Below, piece by piece: positions 21,134 to 35,790 of a DNA stretch of 64,000 bases. Origin of the DNA: an uncultured Pseudomonadota bacterium (lineage in GTDB: Bacteria > Myxococcota_A > Polyangia > Fen-1088); the NCBI GenBank assembly GCA_963711305.1, contig CAVQDT010000009.1, positions 2,155-66,154 of the forward strand, written 5' to 3'. Both the position numbers and the translations under genes were made by a program. Under the pieces are notes generated by a model. It did no database searches. It worked only from the letters and a program-made list of their open reading frames with translations, and was not told the origin of the DNA. Each line of letters starts with the position of its first letter. Within the stretch, counting starts at the first letter, position 1.

Positions 21134-23687
21134 ATGCTTAGACTGCCCCGGAATCTCACTAGCCTTTTCAGTCTCGGAATCGTCAGTCTCACCCTTTTTG
21201 CGGGCTGCACCGGTAGCATCAGCGGCCTCATCAATACGATGACCGGGTCCCCCGATGGTGGGACCAGCTCGACCGGGACCGGGGGCAACACTGGGCCGAC
21301 CGGTGCTGGTGGCGATAGCGGCACCACGTCGACCACGGGCCTGGGCGTTCCCTGCGCGGTACAGCAAGTTCTGCAGACCCGCTGCCAGGGCTGTCACTCG
21401 AACCCGCCGGTCGCCGGCGCGCCCATGCCGCTCATGAACCTGGCCGATCTGCGCGCGCCCGCGACGACCAACAAGATGGTGACGGTGGCACAGATGGTCT
21501 CCATGCGCATCAACAGCACCGACGGTCCCGATGCCGCCCAAGAGCGCGGTGCCAGCGACCGCGGCCGAGATCAAGATCGTGACCGACTGGGTCGCGGCTG
21601 GAGCCCAGGCCGGGCTGGTGTGCGGCGCCACGACCGGTGGTGGCGGGGGAAGCACGGGCACCACGACGGGCGCTGGCGGATCGGTAGCGGTCGTGACCGG
21701 GACTGGTGGCTCGACGGGCACGACCGTCAGCAGCGGATTGCCCTGCAATGTCCAGGCGATCCTGCAGGCGAACTGCCAGCGTTGCCACTCGAACCCGACG
21801 CAGAACGGCGCGCCGATGCCGCTCATGACCTGGTCGGACCTGACGAAGAAGTCGTTCGTCGATGTGAACGCGACGTTCGCGCAGCGCGCGGTGATCCGCA
21901 TCCAGAACATGCTGGCGCCGATGCCGCCAGCTCGGCAATCCGCCGCTCAGCGCGGCAGACACCGCGACGTTCGTCTCATGGGTCAACGCCAGCACGTCCG
22001 ATGGGGACGTGCGGCGTGACGACCACCGGCGCCGCTGGATCGACCGGCACAACCACAGGCTCGGGCGGCGCGACCGGGACCGGCGCGGGTGGCTCGACGG
22101 GGACGACGACCGCAAGCGGCGTGCCGTGCAACGTGCGCGCGGTGTTCCAGAAGTGGTGCCTCGGGTGCCACACCGATCCGCCGATGAACGACGCGCCGAT
22201 GCCGCTGGTCAGCTACGCGAACCTGACGGCGAAGTCGTTCGCGGACCGAACGCGACCTACGCACAGCGCGCGATCTCGCGCATGACCAACACCGCGTCGC
22301 CGATGCCGCCCGGCGCGGCTCCGGTGGTGCCCGCGGCCGACGTCGCCACGGTGATGTCGTGGGTGTCGTCGCAGCTATCCGATGGCGACGACGACGTGCA
22401 CCACGACCGGCGTCGGCGGCACGACCGGCGGCGGCGTGGGTGGCGCCAGCGGCGGGGGCGTGGGCGGCGCGGGTGGCAGCACCACGACCGTCGCCAACGG
22501 GATCCCGTGCGACGTCGCGACGCTGCTGCAGAACCGCTGCGTCACCTGCCACCGGAACCCGCCGATCAACGGCGCGCCGATGCCGCTGCTGACCTACGCC
22601 AACTTGACGGCGCCGTCGACCGCGAACGCGGCGCAGACGTTCGCCCAGCGCGCGCTGATGCGCATGCAGGGCAACCCGTCCCAGATGCCTCCGCTGCCGA
22701 ACGCGGCCGCGACCGCCGCCGAGATGACGGCGATGAGCAACTGGATCAACGCTAATTATCCGATGGGCACCTGCATGCCGACGACGACGGGTGCTGGGGG
22801 CGCCACCGGCGCGGGTGGGGCGGGCGCGGGAGGAGCAACCGGCGCCGGTGGCGCAGGTGGGGGGACGGCGGCAGGATTGCCCTGCGACGTTCAGGCGGTC
22901 TTCACGAACCACTGCACGACCTGCCACGCGACCGTACGCCGGTGAGCGGCGCGCCGATGCCGCTGGTCACGCGGGCGAACCTGGTGGCGCCGTCGTTCGC
23001 GAACGCCGGCGCAGACCTTCGCGCAGCGAGCGGTCATGCGCATGCAGGGCAACCCGAGCCAGATGCCGCCGGCGCCCGGGCACGCCGCCGACGGTCGCGG
23101 AGATCACCACGGTGAACAACTGGGTGCTCGCGGGTTACCCGGCCGGCACCTGCGGAACGACGACGGCTCCGCCGCCGCCCGATCCGCTGAATGCGCGGGC
23201 GATCTGCACCAGCAACACGTTCTGGACGCAGGGGAACGACCGGTTCACCGCTGATGAACCCGGGCCTGTCGTGCCTCAACTGCCACACCGGTGGGGCGGT
23301 GACGACAGGGGGGGTGGCGGCAACAGCGGCCGGGGGGCGGTGACGACAATGGCGGTGGTGGCGACGACGGCGAAGCGCCGCTCTACACCATCGCGGGCAC
23401 GCTCTACCCGACGGGCCACGAGCCGGATCTGTGCAACGGCACCGCGGGAGTGATGGCGGCAGCGCGCGTCGTGATCGTCGACGCCGCGAACCAGCACCAT
23501 CACGCTGACGCCCAACGCGGCCGGCAACTTCTTCTACGCCGGCACCGTGACCTTCCCGTTCCACGCCAAGGTGACCTACCAGGGCCGCGAGCGCATCATG
23601 GTCGCCGCGCAGTCGAACGGCAGCTGCAACGGCTGCCACACGCAGAACGGCGCCAACGGCGCCCCGGGCCGGATCACGCTGCCGTAA
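21134..23687 (+). CDS. Lipoprotein with five tandem cytochrome-c-like domains plus a C-terminal domain (7 CXXCH in total); at least 7 frame breaks
   Basis: Lipobox LTLFAGC. Repeats G(V/L/I)PC(x)V..(L/F)...C..CH..P...GAPMPL(x)..(A/S)(N/D)L...(F)AQRA..R(M/I)....PMPP, each separated by G/T-rich linkers. The heme motifs are CQGCH, CQRCH, CLGCH, CVTCH, CTTCH, CLNCH, CNGCH. Ends GRITLP* at 23685-23687. Confidence 0.75.
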
Positions 23688-23691
23688 CGGA

Positions 23692-23707
23692 AGGGCCTCG
23701 CGGCCCT
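23692..23707. terminator. Short GC hairpin between convergent genes
   Basis: AGGGCC-tcgc-GGCCCT lies between stop 23687 (+) and stop 23708 (-). No U-run. Confidence 0.25.
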
Positions 23708-25496
23708 CTACGCGAGGGGCAACCGCACCGTGAAGGTCGCGCCTTGCCCCGGCTCGCTGGCGACGTCGATCGTGCCGCCGTGGTCGGCGACGATGCGCGC
23801 GACCGTCGCCAGGCCCAGACCGGTGCCGCCGGTCTTGGTCGAGTAGAACGGCTCGAAGAGTCGATCGAGACGATCGTGCGGAATGCCCGGTCCCTGATCG
23901 CGGATCGCCAGCGTCGCGCGCGGCCCGTCGGTGCCGAGGCGCACGGCAATCTCTCCGCCGCCCGAGGTCGACATCGCGTCGGCGGCGTTGCGGATCAAGT
24001 TCCACAGCACCTGGCGCAGCTGCCCGGGCGCCGCCTCGACGATCACGCCGGCCGGCAGCTCCACGGCCACGGTGATCTTCTCGCGCCGCTCCTGTTCGAA
24101 GGCGCGCACGATCTCGCCCGCGTGCTCGCCGAGATCCAGCCGCCGCCGCTCTTCCTTGTGCGGGCGCGCGTAGTCGAGCAGGTCGGTGATCAGGCGATTG
24201 AGCCGATCGACTTCGCGCACCGCGATGTCCATCAGCTGGCGGCTGTCGGCGTCGGCGCCCGGCGTGGTCTTGAGCATCTCGATCGATCCCGAGATGCTGG
24301 CCAGCGGGTTGCGGATCTCGTGCGCGATGCCGGCGGCGAGGCGCCCGATGCTCGCCAGCCGCTCGGCGCGCTCGACCTCGAGCTGCATGCGCCGCAGCTC
24401 GGTCAGATCCTGAAAGTGGATCACGCGGCCGATGACGCCGCCGGTGTGGTCGGCGAGCGGCGCCGCCGAGATGCCCAGGTTGCGGACCGCGCCGTCGTCG
24501 CGGAGCGCGGTGATCTCGGCGCGGCGGATGGTGCCCTTGAGGCCCGGCCTCGAGCAGCAGAGAGCGCGAGCTGCGGCAGGTGCACCTCGAGCGGCTCGCC
24601 GATCAAGCGCGCGCGCGCCACGCCGAGGATCTCCGAGCCCGCTTCGTTGATCGACGTGACGCGCCCCTCGAGGTCCAGCGTCACCAGGCCCGACGTCATC
24701 GAGCGGATGGTGTTCTCGTGCAGCGTCGCCAGGTCGCCGGCGTAGCGCTCGTGGCGCGTGAGCCGCTCGCCGGCCTGCCGGGTCTGGCGCGCGAGGTGGG
24801 TCGCCAGCACGCCGACCGCACCCAGCGCCAGCCCGTTGAGCGCCAGGCGCATCACCAGGTCGTCGCGGCTGACCTCCCAGGGCAGCCAGCTCTGTCCGGG
24901 CACGAGCGGCAGGAGGCGCAGGTAGCCGGCGACCGAGACCGCGATCATGAGCGACGGTGCTCGCGCCGGCCGCGACCGCGGCGCCGCGACGCTGCGCGAG
25001 CAGCGCCACCGCGACCACGTCGAGGAAGTAGAGAAAGAAGAACGGGCTCTGACCGCCGCCGGTCGCGTGGATCAGCAGCGTCGCCAGCACCAGGTCGCCG
25101 CGTGATCTGGAGATAGGCGAAGCGGATCAGGTTCTTCACGCGGCGGAACGCGAGGCCGTAGCCGACGCTGGCGAGATAGGTCGCGAACAGCATCGCGAAG
25201 CCGAAGCGCGCGAACGGTCCGCTCAGGCTGTCGACGCCGCCGTTGCCGAGCGCGGTGACGACGACGGTGCCGAGCAGCAGCGTCGCCATCGCGACGCGAA
25301 AGACCATCAGGTACTGGATCGTGCGCAGCGTCTCCAGCCGGCGCCGGCGCGGCGCAGCGCCCGATTCGCGCACCGTGGGCGGTCCGCTTGGTTCGGGCCC
25401 TCCCGGTGCGGCCACGACGCTGTCCGTCACCGGTCCCGGCGCTATCGGCGCCGAGTCCCGTGCAACTTCCTCGGACAGCGCGGCCCGCGCGTTCAT
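23708..25496 (-). CDS. pilS: Sensor histidine kinase, PilS-like; about 3 frame breaks
   Basis: N-terminal multi-TM region, a PAS-like segment, H-box AAGIAHEIRNPL, N/G boxes (LIRNAADAM, DQGPGIP, GTGLGLA). Lies immediately downstream of pilC as in M. xanthus. Confidence 0.75.
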
Positions 25497-25502
25497 GCGT
25501 GG

Positions 25503-26727
<1,225 letters not shown>

Positions 26728-26730
26728 CGG

Positions 26731-27880
26731 CTAACCCCGCGGTCCCGGCGGGCGCGACGTCGGCCCGGCCTTGCTGGCCGCCGCGCCGCCGCCCGAGGCG
26801 ATGATCTGCTGCAGCTCGTTGGCGTCCGAGCTCGCGCCGATCGCGTCCTCGAGCTTGATCAGCCGCTTCAGGTACAGGCCCGCCAGGCACTGGTTCAGCG
26901 TCTGCATGCCCGACGTCCCCTGGCCGAGCTGCATCTGCGAGTAGATCTGGTGCAGCTTGTCTTCGCGGATCAGGTTCCGGATCGCCGAGTTCGGGATCAT
27001 CACCTCGAGCGCGGCGACGCGGCCCTCGCCCGACGCCTTCGGCAGCAGCGTCTGGCAAACGACGCCTTCCAGCACGAACGACAGCTGCGCGCGGATCTGC
27101 GACTGCTGGTGCGGCGGGAACACGTCGATCATGCGGTTGATGGTCTGCGGCGCCGAGTTGGTGTGCAGCGTGCCGAAGCACGAGGTGGCCGGTCTCGGCG
27201 ATGGTCAGCGCCGCCTCGATCGTCTCGAGGTCGCGCATTTCGCCGACCAGCACCACGTCCGGGTCCTGGCGCAGCACCGAGCGCAGCGCCTTCTTGAACG
27301 AGTGCGTGTCGGTGCCGATCTCGCGCTGGTTGACCACGCAGCTCTTGTGCTGGTGCAGGAACTCGATCGGGTCTTCGATCGTGATGATGTGCTCGTGGCG
27401 CTCGGTGTTGATCTTGTCGATCATCGCCGCCAGCGTCGTCGACTTGCCCGAGCCGGTCGGGCCGGTCACCAGCACCAGGCCGCGCGGCTTGTTGCACAGC
27501 TCCTCGATCGACCGGCGGCAGACCCAGCTCCTCGAACGTGCGGATCTTGAACGGGATGGTGCGGAACACGCGCGCCGACCGCGCCCCTCTGCATGAACAC
27601 GTTGGCGCGGAAGCGGCACAGGTTCTTCACGCCGAACGACAGGTCCAGCTCCTGCTCCTCCTCGAACTTCGATCTTCTGCGCGTCGGTGAGGATCGAGTA
27701 GCAGAGCTGCTTGATCTCGACCGGCCCGAGCGGGTTCACGCGCAGCGGGACGAGATCGCCGTCGATGCGCAGCTGCGGCGCCGAGTCGATCGACAGGTGC
27801 AGGTCGGACGCTCCCTTGTCGACCATCGCCTTGAGGAGCTGTTGCAGCGTGACGCTTTGCGGAGGGGACGCGGTTGCCAT
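26731..27880 (-). CDS. pilT: Twitching-motility retraction ATPase PilT; about 4 frame breaks
   Basis: GASDLHL, Walker A GPTGSGKSTT, Asp box ITIEDPIEF, Walker B VVLVGEMRD, and AIRNLIRE. Confidence 0.9.
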
Positions 27881-27898
27881 GTTGATCTCGGGTGTGCG

Positions 27899-29610
<1,712 letters not shown>

Positions 29611-29702
29611 GACAAGTCATAAGTCGGGTCCGAACGGCGAAACCTTTAGGAATTGGCCTAGGTTCGGGCGTGCGCGTCGCGGCCCTTGCGAGGGGCGACC
29701 TT

Positions 29703-29760
29703 CTTCAGCGAGTCACCCTCTCCTGCGGTCCGCCGCGGGAGAGGGCCGGGAGAGGCAACG
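29703..29760. repeat. REP-like GC-rich hairpin element (type 2, short form)
   Basis: CTTCAGCGAGTCACCCTC (identical 18-mer at 33934-33951), a 13-bp stem CCCTCTCCTGCGG/CCGCGGGAGAGGG (29716-29745), then CCGGGAGAGG..CAACGCTA. Abuts a gene stop. Confidence 0.7.
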
Positions 29761-31060
29761 CTACTGCGCGAACGGGTCGGTCCAGGCAGCCTTCTTCTTC
29801 TTGGCCTTGGGCGCCGGCGGCGGAGGCGGGGTCGGGTCCTCGCCGTTCAGGATCGCGTCCTCGTCGGCCACCGAGAACTTCCGGGGCTTCGAGGAGGTGG
29901 ACGACGACGCCTTCTTGGCCGGCTTCGGCGCGGGAGGCGTCTCGGCCACCGCGGGGCCAGACGGCGTCTCCGCGGCCATGGTCGGCATGTTCGCGGCGGG
30001 CGGCGCCGGGGCAGCCGCGGTCGCGGCAGATGGAGGCGCGGCCGGCTTGGCCTCGGGCGCCGGCGGCGGCGTCACGGGCTTCACGATCGGTTGCACCGGC
30101 TCGGTGATGATCGCGGGCGCGGTGTGCGCTGCGACGGGCAGCTGCTGGATCGGCGGCGAGGATGCCGCGTGGCCGCGCCAGAGCAGCGCGCCGATGAGCA
30201 GGCCACCGGCGAACGCGGTCACCAGGAACCCGGCGAGACCGGCCGCGGGCAGGCGGACGCGGTTGTCGGTCAGCGCCGCAACCCGCGCGCTGCTGGTGTC
30301 CGGTGCCACGGGCGCGGGGATCGCGATCGACGGATAGTGCGACCCCGAACCGAACCCGCCCGTCGGCAGCGGCAGGAAGTCATTGGTGTTCGAGGTCGAG
30401 CTCGGCGTTGGAATCCGACGGCCGGGATAGATGTCGGGGCGTCCCGGCGGTGGCGCCGTCCGTATGGGCGGCGGCAGGCGCGACGAGAACCCGCCCAAGG
30501 CTGGGCCGGACTGGTAACCCGACGGAGGGGACGCGTCGTCAGTGAATCGGAATGTCCGCCGGCGTGCGCGCGCCGATGTCGCCGGACAGCGACGCGCCAT
30601 ACTGCTGCGAGTCTTCGGCGTCCGCATCCTCGAACTCCACGTCGGACTCGTCGTGGGCGGAGCGCGTCGTCGGCAAGCGCGGCTGCGATGCCGACTTGCG
30701 GAGCGCCCGGTCACGTTGCTGGCTCGCCTGGCTGGTGAGGCCGTCGTCGCGCGATGCGGCGGCGCGAATCGCGGTTTCGTAGGGGTCGACCTTTGTCTCC
30801 TCTTCACGCACCTCGTCGAAGAAGGTCGGACGCGGCGCGAGCACCGTGACCTCGCCGACGGGCGCCGGCACCGAATCGTCGTCGCTATCCTCGTCGGACG
30901 CCAGCGCGGACGGCACCGCCTCCAAAGACTTCACCGAATTCTCGGGCGGGCGTTCGTTGGCCTCGAGCAGAATCTCATCGAGAGACTCATCGATCGACTC
31001 TTCCTCGTCGTCCAGCGGAAGGGTGCTCGAGCTGGCGAACCCTGGCGGCTTCGTCATCAT
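29761..31060 (-). CDS. Acidic N-terminus / single-TM / Pro-rich membrane protein upstream of pilB; 1 frame break near 30540
   Basis: SD AAGGAG before ATG 31060. Acidic N-terminal half (ORF 30539..31060) continues colinearly in ORF 29761..30807 with a TM (LAGFLVTAFAGGLLIGALLW) and a PAPxP-rich tail ending KKKKAAWTDPFAQ*. Confidence 0.55.
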
Positions 31061-31297
31061 CCCGGTTGCTCCTTCAAAGACTGAAGATTCCCCGTTTTAT
31101 GGGTGCGAAGTCAAGCTGAGTTCGGGCGATTTACGGACCATCAAAATAGGGTAGCGCTGTGCAGAAGTAGCTCAAAAATCGTCATTCCGGACCTCGATCT
31201 ATTTACTTTGACAGGGAGGGGGCCGCCCTCTAGGTTCCGCGCGGTGAAGGAGTCTGGCTTCGTTCGCCGTCCGCGTCAAAAGGCGCCTGGTGTCAGG

Positions 31298-32500
31298 ATG
31301 CGGGTCGGGCAATACCGCCTGTCGCCCGACATCGCCGCACGTGTCCGCTCAGGTCATCCGTGGGTGTTCCGGGATGCTCTCGGTAGCCGAGGCGTGACCG
31401 AGCCGACGGGTGCCGTGGTCGAGCTCATCAGTGGCAACCAGGAATTCGTCGGTCGCGGTTACGTCGACCAGGAACACGCGATCGCGGTGCGCATGCTCAC
31501 CCGCGATCCCGGCGAGCGCGTGGTGCCCGGCTCGGGCGTCGTCGGCGTTCGCTTCTCGCGCGCGCTGCAGCTGCGCTGGATCTTGTGGGCGGGCCGGCCG
31601 ATGCCGTCGGCGATGCGGCTCTTCAGCGGCGAGAGCGAAGGGCTGCCCGGCGTCACCGTCGATCGGTACGGCGAGTTCGTCGTCGTGCAGTGGCTGTCGC
31701 AGGGCGCGCTCGGCTGGCGCGACGAGCTCTACGACGCGATCGAGGCGACGGCGAAGCCGCGCGGGATCTACGAGCAGCGCCGTTTTCGCCCGCTCGCCGG
31801 CCAGGCACCGCCCGAGCCGGCGGTGCGCGCGCGCGGCGACGAAGCGCCGCTCGAGATCGTCGTCGAGGACAGCGGCTGTCGCTTCGGCGTCGACGTGACC
31901 GCGCCGCTGGGCGTGGGCCTGTTCCCGGACATGCGGCTCGGCTGGGCGGCGGTCGCGGCGCACGCCAGCGAGCGGCGCTTCTTGAACCTGTTCTCGTACA
32001 CCGGCGCGTTCTCGGTGTTCGCGGCCAAGGCCGGCGCGCGCGAGGTGATGGCGGTCGATCTCGCGGCCAAGGTCCACGCGCGGGCGCGGCGCAACTTCGA
32101 GCTTTCGGGGCTCGACCCCGCGAAGATGGAGTCGGTGAGCGGCGACGCGATCAAGACGGTGGAGAAGTTCGCGTCGCGCGGGCGGAAGTTCGACCTCATC
32201 GTCTGCGATCCGCCGACCTTCTCGCACGGGCCCGCGGGCCAGTTCAACGTCACGCGCGATCTCGCGCAGGTGGCGGCGGTCGCGCTGCCGGTGCTCGAGC
32301 CGGGCGGCATCCTGGCGTTCGCCACCAACTCGACCAAGGTGTCGGCGGCCGACCTCGACCGCGCGCTCGGCGACGGCGCGGCGATGGCGCGCGCCGACCT
32401 GCGCGTGTTCCAGCGCGTGGGCCTGCCGGCCGACTACCCGGTCGCCCCCGGTTTTCCCGAGGGCAACTACCTCAAGCTCGCGCTCGCGGTTCGCGCCTGA
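31298..32500 (+). CDS. Class I SAM-dependent rRNA methyltransferase, RlmI/YwbD-like
   Basis: PUA-like N-terminus (GHPWVFRD), LNLFSYTGAFSV and the DPPTF motif. 400 aa, intact. Confidence 0.8.
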   Translation: MRVGQYRLSPDIAARVRSGHPWVFRDALGSRGVTEPTGAVVELISGNQEFVGRGYVDQEHAIAVRMLTRDPGERVVPGSGVVGVRFSRALQLRWILWAGRPMPSAMRLFSGESEGLPGVTVDRYGEFVVVQWLSQGALGWRDELYDAIEATAKPRGIYEQRRFRPLAGQAPPEPAVRARGDEAPLEIVVEDSGCRFGVDVTAPLGVGLFPDMRLGWAAVAAHASERRFLNLFSYTGAFSVFAAKAGAREVMAVDLAAKVHARARRNFELSGLDPAKMESVSGDAIKTVEKFASRGRKFDLIVCDPPTFSHGPAGQFNVTRDLAQVAAVALPVLEPGGILAFATNSTKVSAADLDRALGDGAAMARADLRVFQRVGLPADYPVAPGFPEGNYLKLALAVRA

Positions 32501-32557
32501 GCGAACGCCTCGGCGCCGGTCTGGCGACCGCTGGCGTCTAGCGGTCCCTGAACGTCG

Positions 32558-32848
32558 CTACGCCGGCGGCGACGAGAACCCGCCGTGGCGGGTGTGGCCC
32601 TTGTCGACGCGCAGGTTGCGCGTCTTCACCTCGGTCAGGTACTGGCTGACCGTGTTCTCGACCGACTCGTTGAACTTGACCCGGCTCTTGGCGATCTCGC
32701 GCAGCGAGGTCACGGCCGGCTTGTTGTCACAACGAACCAGCGCCTTGGCGCCGTTCGCCAGCTGGCGGGCGCGCTCGGCCGCCAGGATCACCAGCGCAAA
32801 GCGGTTGTGAACGTTCTCCAGACAATCTTCGACGGTGACGCGAGCCAA
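32558..32848 (-). CDS. rpoZ: DNA-directed RNA polymerase omega subunit
   Basis: (L/M)[29 protein letters not shown] is the omega signature. TTG start at 32848 with GGAGGGG 5 nt upstream. Confidence 0.85.
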   Translation of the reverse strand: MARVTVEDCLENVHNRFALVILAAERARQLANGAKALVRCDNKPAVTSLREIAKSRVKFNESVENTVSQYLTEVKTRNLRVDKGHTRHGGFSSPPA

Positions 32849-33111
32849 GGTTCCCCTCCGGAATCGATTTCGAGCGGAGTCTACTGATAAATCCGCGCCT
32901 GTCAAAGCTGCTCGGGCGGCGTCGGGCTCAACCCGCGGGCGGCTGCTGCCGAAGATAGGGCGAAACAGGCGAAGACAGGCGCACCGGTCGGGGTCATTTT
33001 CGGTCGGTTGCAAAGGCCCCGGTCAAAACTTAAACTTAGTCTGATTAAATTACCGTGTTACCTCTTGGACCTAGGCCCGGATGCCCAAGAGGTCGCGGGA
33101 GAAAGTAACAG

Positions 33112-33819
33112 ATGCCGCCGATCAACGTGAACTGGAGCGATCTCGAGATCGCTTTCGAGCGAAATTCGCCGGATCAGGAGAGCTTCCTCGACTTGGAGAA
33201 CGGCGATCTCCTCTCGATCATCGAGGGAGAACCCGATGCCGCCGCCCGGCGCGCGCGCGTCGCAGCCCATCCGGACCGCTTCCTGCGCGTCGATCCCGCG
33301 TCGTCGCGCGAGCAGTACCGCTGGATGGAGCGCTTCGTCGGCTCGGTGTCGGAGCCCGCGCTGCGCGAGCGCCTGCTCATCGCCATCGACGGCAAGGGCG
33401 CGTTCCGCCGCTTCAAGGACGTGCTGCTCGCCTTCCCGGCCGAGCGCGAGCGCTGGTTCGCCTACCGCTCCGAGCTCCTGCACTTTCACATTCAGACCTG
33501 GCTCGACCACATGAAGATCGAGGTGGCGAACCAGCCGCCGTGGGGCCACGTGAACCAGCCGGCCGAGCCGCTGGAGATTCCGCGCGCCGATCCCGTCGGG
33601 CGAGGCGCCGGGCGAGATCCTGCGCCGCCAGGCGCGCGACCTGCTCGACGAGATCCCGGCGGCCGAGCTGCCGTCGGCGCTGGCGTTCCTCGAGTTCCTG
33701 CGCGATCGCGGCGCGAGCACGCTGCTGCGCCCCGCGGGCGAGCGCCGTCGGGCTCCCCTCGAGGGCGAGAGCGACGACGACGACGACGACGACGACGATT
33801 CGGCGCTCGAGCTGCGCTG
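33112..33819 (+). CDS. UPF0158-family protein with poly-Asp tail; 1 frame break near 33590
   Basis: [26 protein letters not shown] is typical of UPF0158. The C-terminus read in another frame ([24 protein letters not shown]...[14 protein letters not shown]) ends at 33817-33819. Confidence 0.65.
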
Positions 33820-33827
33820 ACGGCGGA

Positions 33828-34008
33828 CCCCTCTCCCTAACCCTCTCCCCGCAGACGGGGCGAGGGGACCGGGATGGCTGACGGGCCTTCTCCGAACCCT
33901 CCCCGCAGCGGGGCGAGGGGACCGATGGAGGCGCTTCAGCGAGTCACCCTCCCCCGTCCTCGGGGGAGGGCCGGGGAGAGGGCAGGCCTTGCGGGAGACA
34001 ACGCTAGC
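33828..34008. repeat. Cluster of three REP-like GC-rich hairpin elements (two type 1, one type 2)
   Basis: Stems at 33841-33866 (CCCTCTCCCCG/CGGGGCGAGGG), 33897-33919 and 33947-33970 (perfect CCCTCCCCCG/CGGGGGAGGG). Shared tails are GGGGACCG (type 1) and CCGGGGAGAGGGCAGGCCTTGCG (type 2). Confidence 0.75.
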
Positions 34009-34013
34009 CCTGC

Positions 34014-34874
34014 CTAGCCCTCGGCCGCGGTCTTCTCCGCGTCCTCGGTCTTCTCGGCCATCGGCGGCATCCAGATCCAGCCGTCGAGCCGTCGGGCATT
34101 CGGTAACGTGCTGCCGCCGCTCAGCGGCTCGGGAAGCGTCCAGGCGTCGCGCGCCCACAGATAGCCGGTGAACGCGCAGATGACCGCGTCGAACAGGTGG
34201 TCGCTCTGAATGCAGAGCTCCCGCCACACACCGGGGCCGAAGCGAAGCTCGGGCGACAGCGCCTCGAGGATCTCCGCGCGGGTCTCGCGCTCCTTGAGAT
34301 GCTTCTTGTACGGCCGCACGAAGCCCAGCGCCGCCAGCGTCCCCTTGGGATAAACCTCGAGCAGGTTGTCGTTGAGGCGAAAGCGATCCGCCAGCGCACG
34401 CGTGAGGTGAGCGGCGCGCGCCGCCAGCGGGCCGGTGCCCTGGCCCATCGCCTCGCGCGGCACGATGCCCAGCCGGTGCGCGAGGTAGACCTCGGTCGTG
34501 CGTTGCGTGTACGGCGTGATCGAAGGCTTGCCGCGCCGGTAGCGTTCGCCCGTCGTGCTGGCCGCGGTGATCGCGCGCATCTCGACGACGGAGCTGTCGA
34601 TGCACTCGTCCTGGCCCGGGCACACCGGAACCTCGCAACGCAAGCAGGGCGGCAGCGTCAGCGGCGCGTCGACGCACAGCAACGTGTCGTCGCCGTGGGA
34701 ACGGATCGCGTCGACCAGCATCGAATCGTAAAGAGGCAGCGCGCCCGCGCGCGGCGCGATCTCGACGATCGTCGCGCCTTGCTCGTCGGCGCGCAACGTC
34801 GCGAGCGCAGTCTTCTTCCCCTTGCCGCCGCCCAGGTCGACGCCGAGCGTGTGGATGAAGTGACGCGCTTTCAC
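34014..34874 (-). CDS. DUF429-like protein (predicted RNase H-fold); start uncertain
   Basis: GVDLGGGKGKKTALATL near the N-terminus and FDAVICAFTGYLW near the C-terminus. Assignment is from memory of the family. GTG 34874 was chosen but has no clear SD. Confidence 0.5.
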   Translation of the reverse strand: MKARHFIHTLGVDLGGGKGKKTALATLRADEQGATIVEIAPRAGALPLYDSMLVDAIRSHGDDTLLCVDAPLTLPPCLRCEVPVCPGQDECIDSSVVEMRAITAASTTGERYRRGKPSITPYTQRTTEVYLAHRLGIVPREAMGQGTGPLAARAAHLTRALADRFRLNDNLLEVYPKGTLAALGFVRPYKKHLKERETRAEILEALSPELRFGPGVWRELCIQSDHLFDAVICAFTGYLWARDAWTLPEPLSGGSTLPNARRLDGWIWMPPMAEKTEDAEKTAAEG

Positions 34875-35041
34875 GATGTTTTTCAGCGTGCGGGATCCCC
34901 GTCGGGGCGTCAACAGGAATGGGTCCACATCGCGGCCAAGCGGCCGGGCAACGCTTTGGACTTTGACTTGGGCGCGCCGGCTTTCTATGCTTGGAGCATC
35001 CACTGCCTGGACCGGAGCTTCCGGCCGGGACGGAGGCCACA

Positions 35042-35446
35042 ATGCGTCGCACACTCTTCAAGTCGAAGATCCATCGCGCGACCGTCACTCACGCCGACCT
35101 CGATTACGAAGGATCGGTCACCATCGACGGTCAACTCATGCGCGCCGCGAACATCCTGCCGTATGAGCGCGTGAACATCTGGAACGTCACCAACGGCAGC
35201 CGCCTCGAGACGTACGCGCTCGAAGGACCGGCCGGCTCCGGTTTGATCTGCGTCAACGGCGCCGCCGCTCACCACGCCAAGCCCGGCGACCTGGTCATCA
35301 TCGCCACGTTCGCCGACGCCGTCGACGAGGACGAGGCGCGCGCCTGGAAGCCGACCGTCGTGCGCGTCGACGCGCACAATCGCATCATCGCCGACGCGCC
35401 AGCCGAGGAATTGCCCGGACCGCAGCGCCGGCTGCGTCCGGTCTGA
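35042..35446 (+). CDS. panD: Aspartate 1-decarboxylase
   Basis: [29 protein letters not shown] contains the G-S self-cleavage site. SD GGACGGAGG. Confidence 0.93.
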   Translation: MRRTLFKSKIHRATVTHADLDYEGSVTIDGQLMRAANILPYERVNIWNVTNGSRLETYALEGPAGSGLICVNGAAAHHAKPGDLVIIATFADAVDEDEARAWKPTVVRVDAHNRIIADAPAEELPGPQRRLRPV

Positions 35447-35457
35447 TAGCAGGGCGG

Positions 35458-35769
35458 ATGGCGTTCTCGCGCATCGATTCGCTGCTGGGTTTCATCCAGC
35501 AGAAGCCGGAGGATCCCTTTCCCCGCTACGCGCTCGCGCTCGAGTACAAGAACGCCGGCCGCCTCGACGAGGCGCGCGCGACGTTCGACTCGCTCATGAC
35601 CGCGCATCCGGACTACACCGCCGCGTACCTGCACGCGGGCAACACGCTGGTGGCGCTCGGGCTGCGCGACGACGCGCGCGCGGTCTACCAGCGCGGCGTC
35701 GAGACGTGCGTGCGCCGGGGCGACACCCACGCGCGCGGCGAGCTCGAAGGCGCGCTCGCGTCGCTGTGA
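35458..35769 (+). CDS. Tetratricopeptide-repeat protein (103 aa)
   Basis: TPR-like helices (YALALEYKNAGRLDEARATF and AAYLHAGNTLVALGLRDDARAVY). Confidence 0.65.
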   Translation: MAFSRIDSLLGFIQQKPEDPFPRYALALEYKNAGRLDEARATFDSLMTAHPDYTAAYLHAGNTLVALGLRDDARAVYQRGVETCVRRGDTHARGELEGALASL

Positions 35770-35790
35770 GCGTCCTGTGAAGTTGCCGCG

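Noticed and set aside
31061-31297. AT-richer 237-bp intergenic region upstream of the pil operon, as a possible sRNA or sigma54 promoter
   Set aside because: I found no GG-N10-GC element, no convincing -35/-10 pair and no terminator-like hairpin. It is most simply a divergent promoter region.
33771-33799. (GAC)9 trinucleotide repeat
   Set aside because: It encodes the poly-Asp C-terminal tail of the UPF0158-family protein. It is not an independent element.
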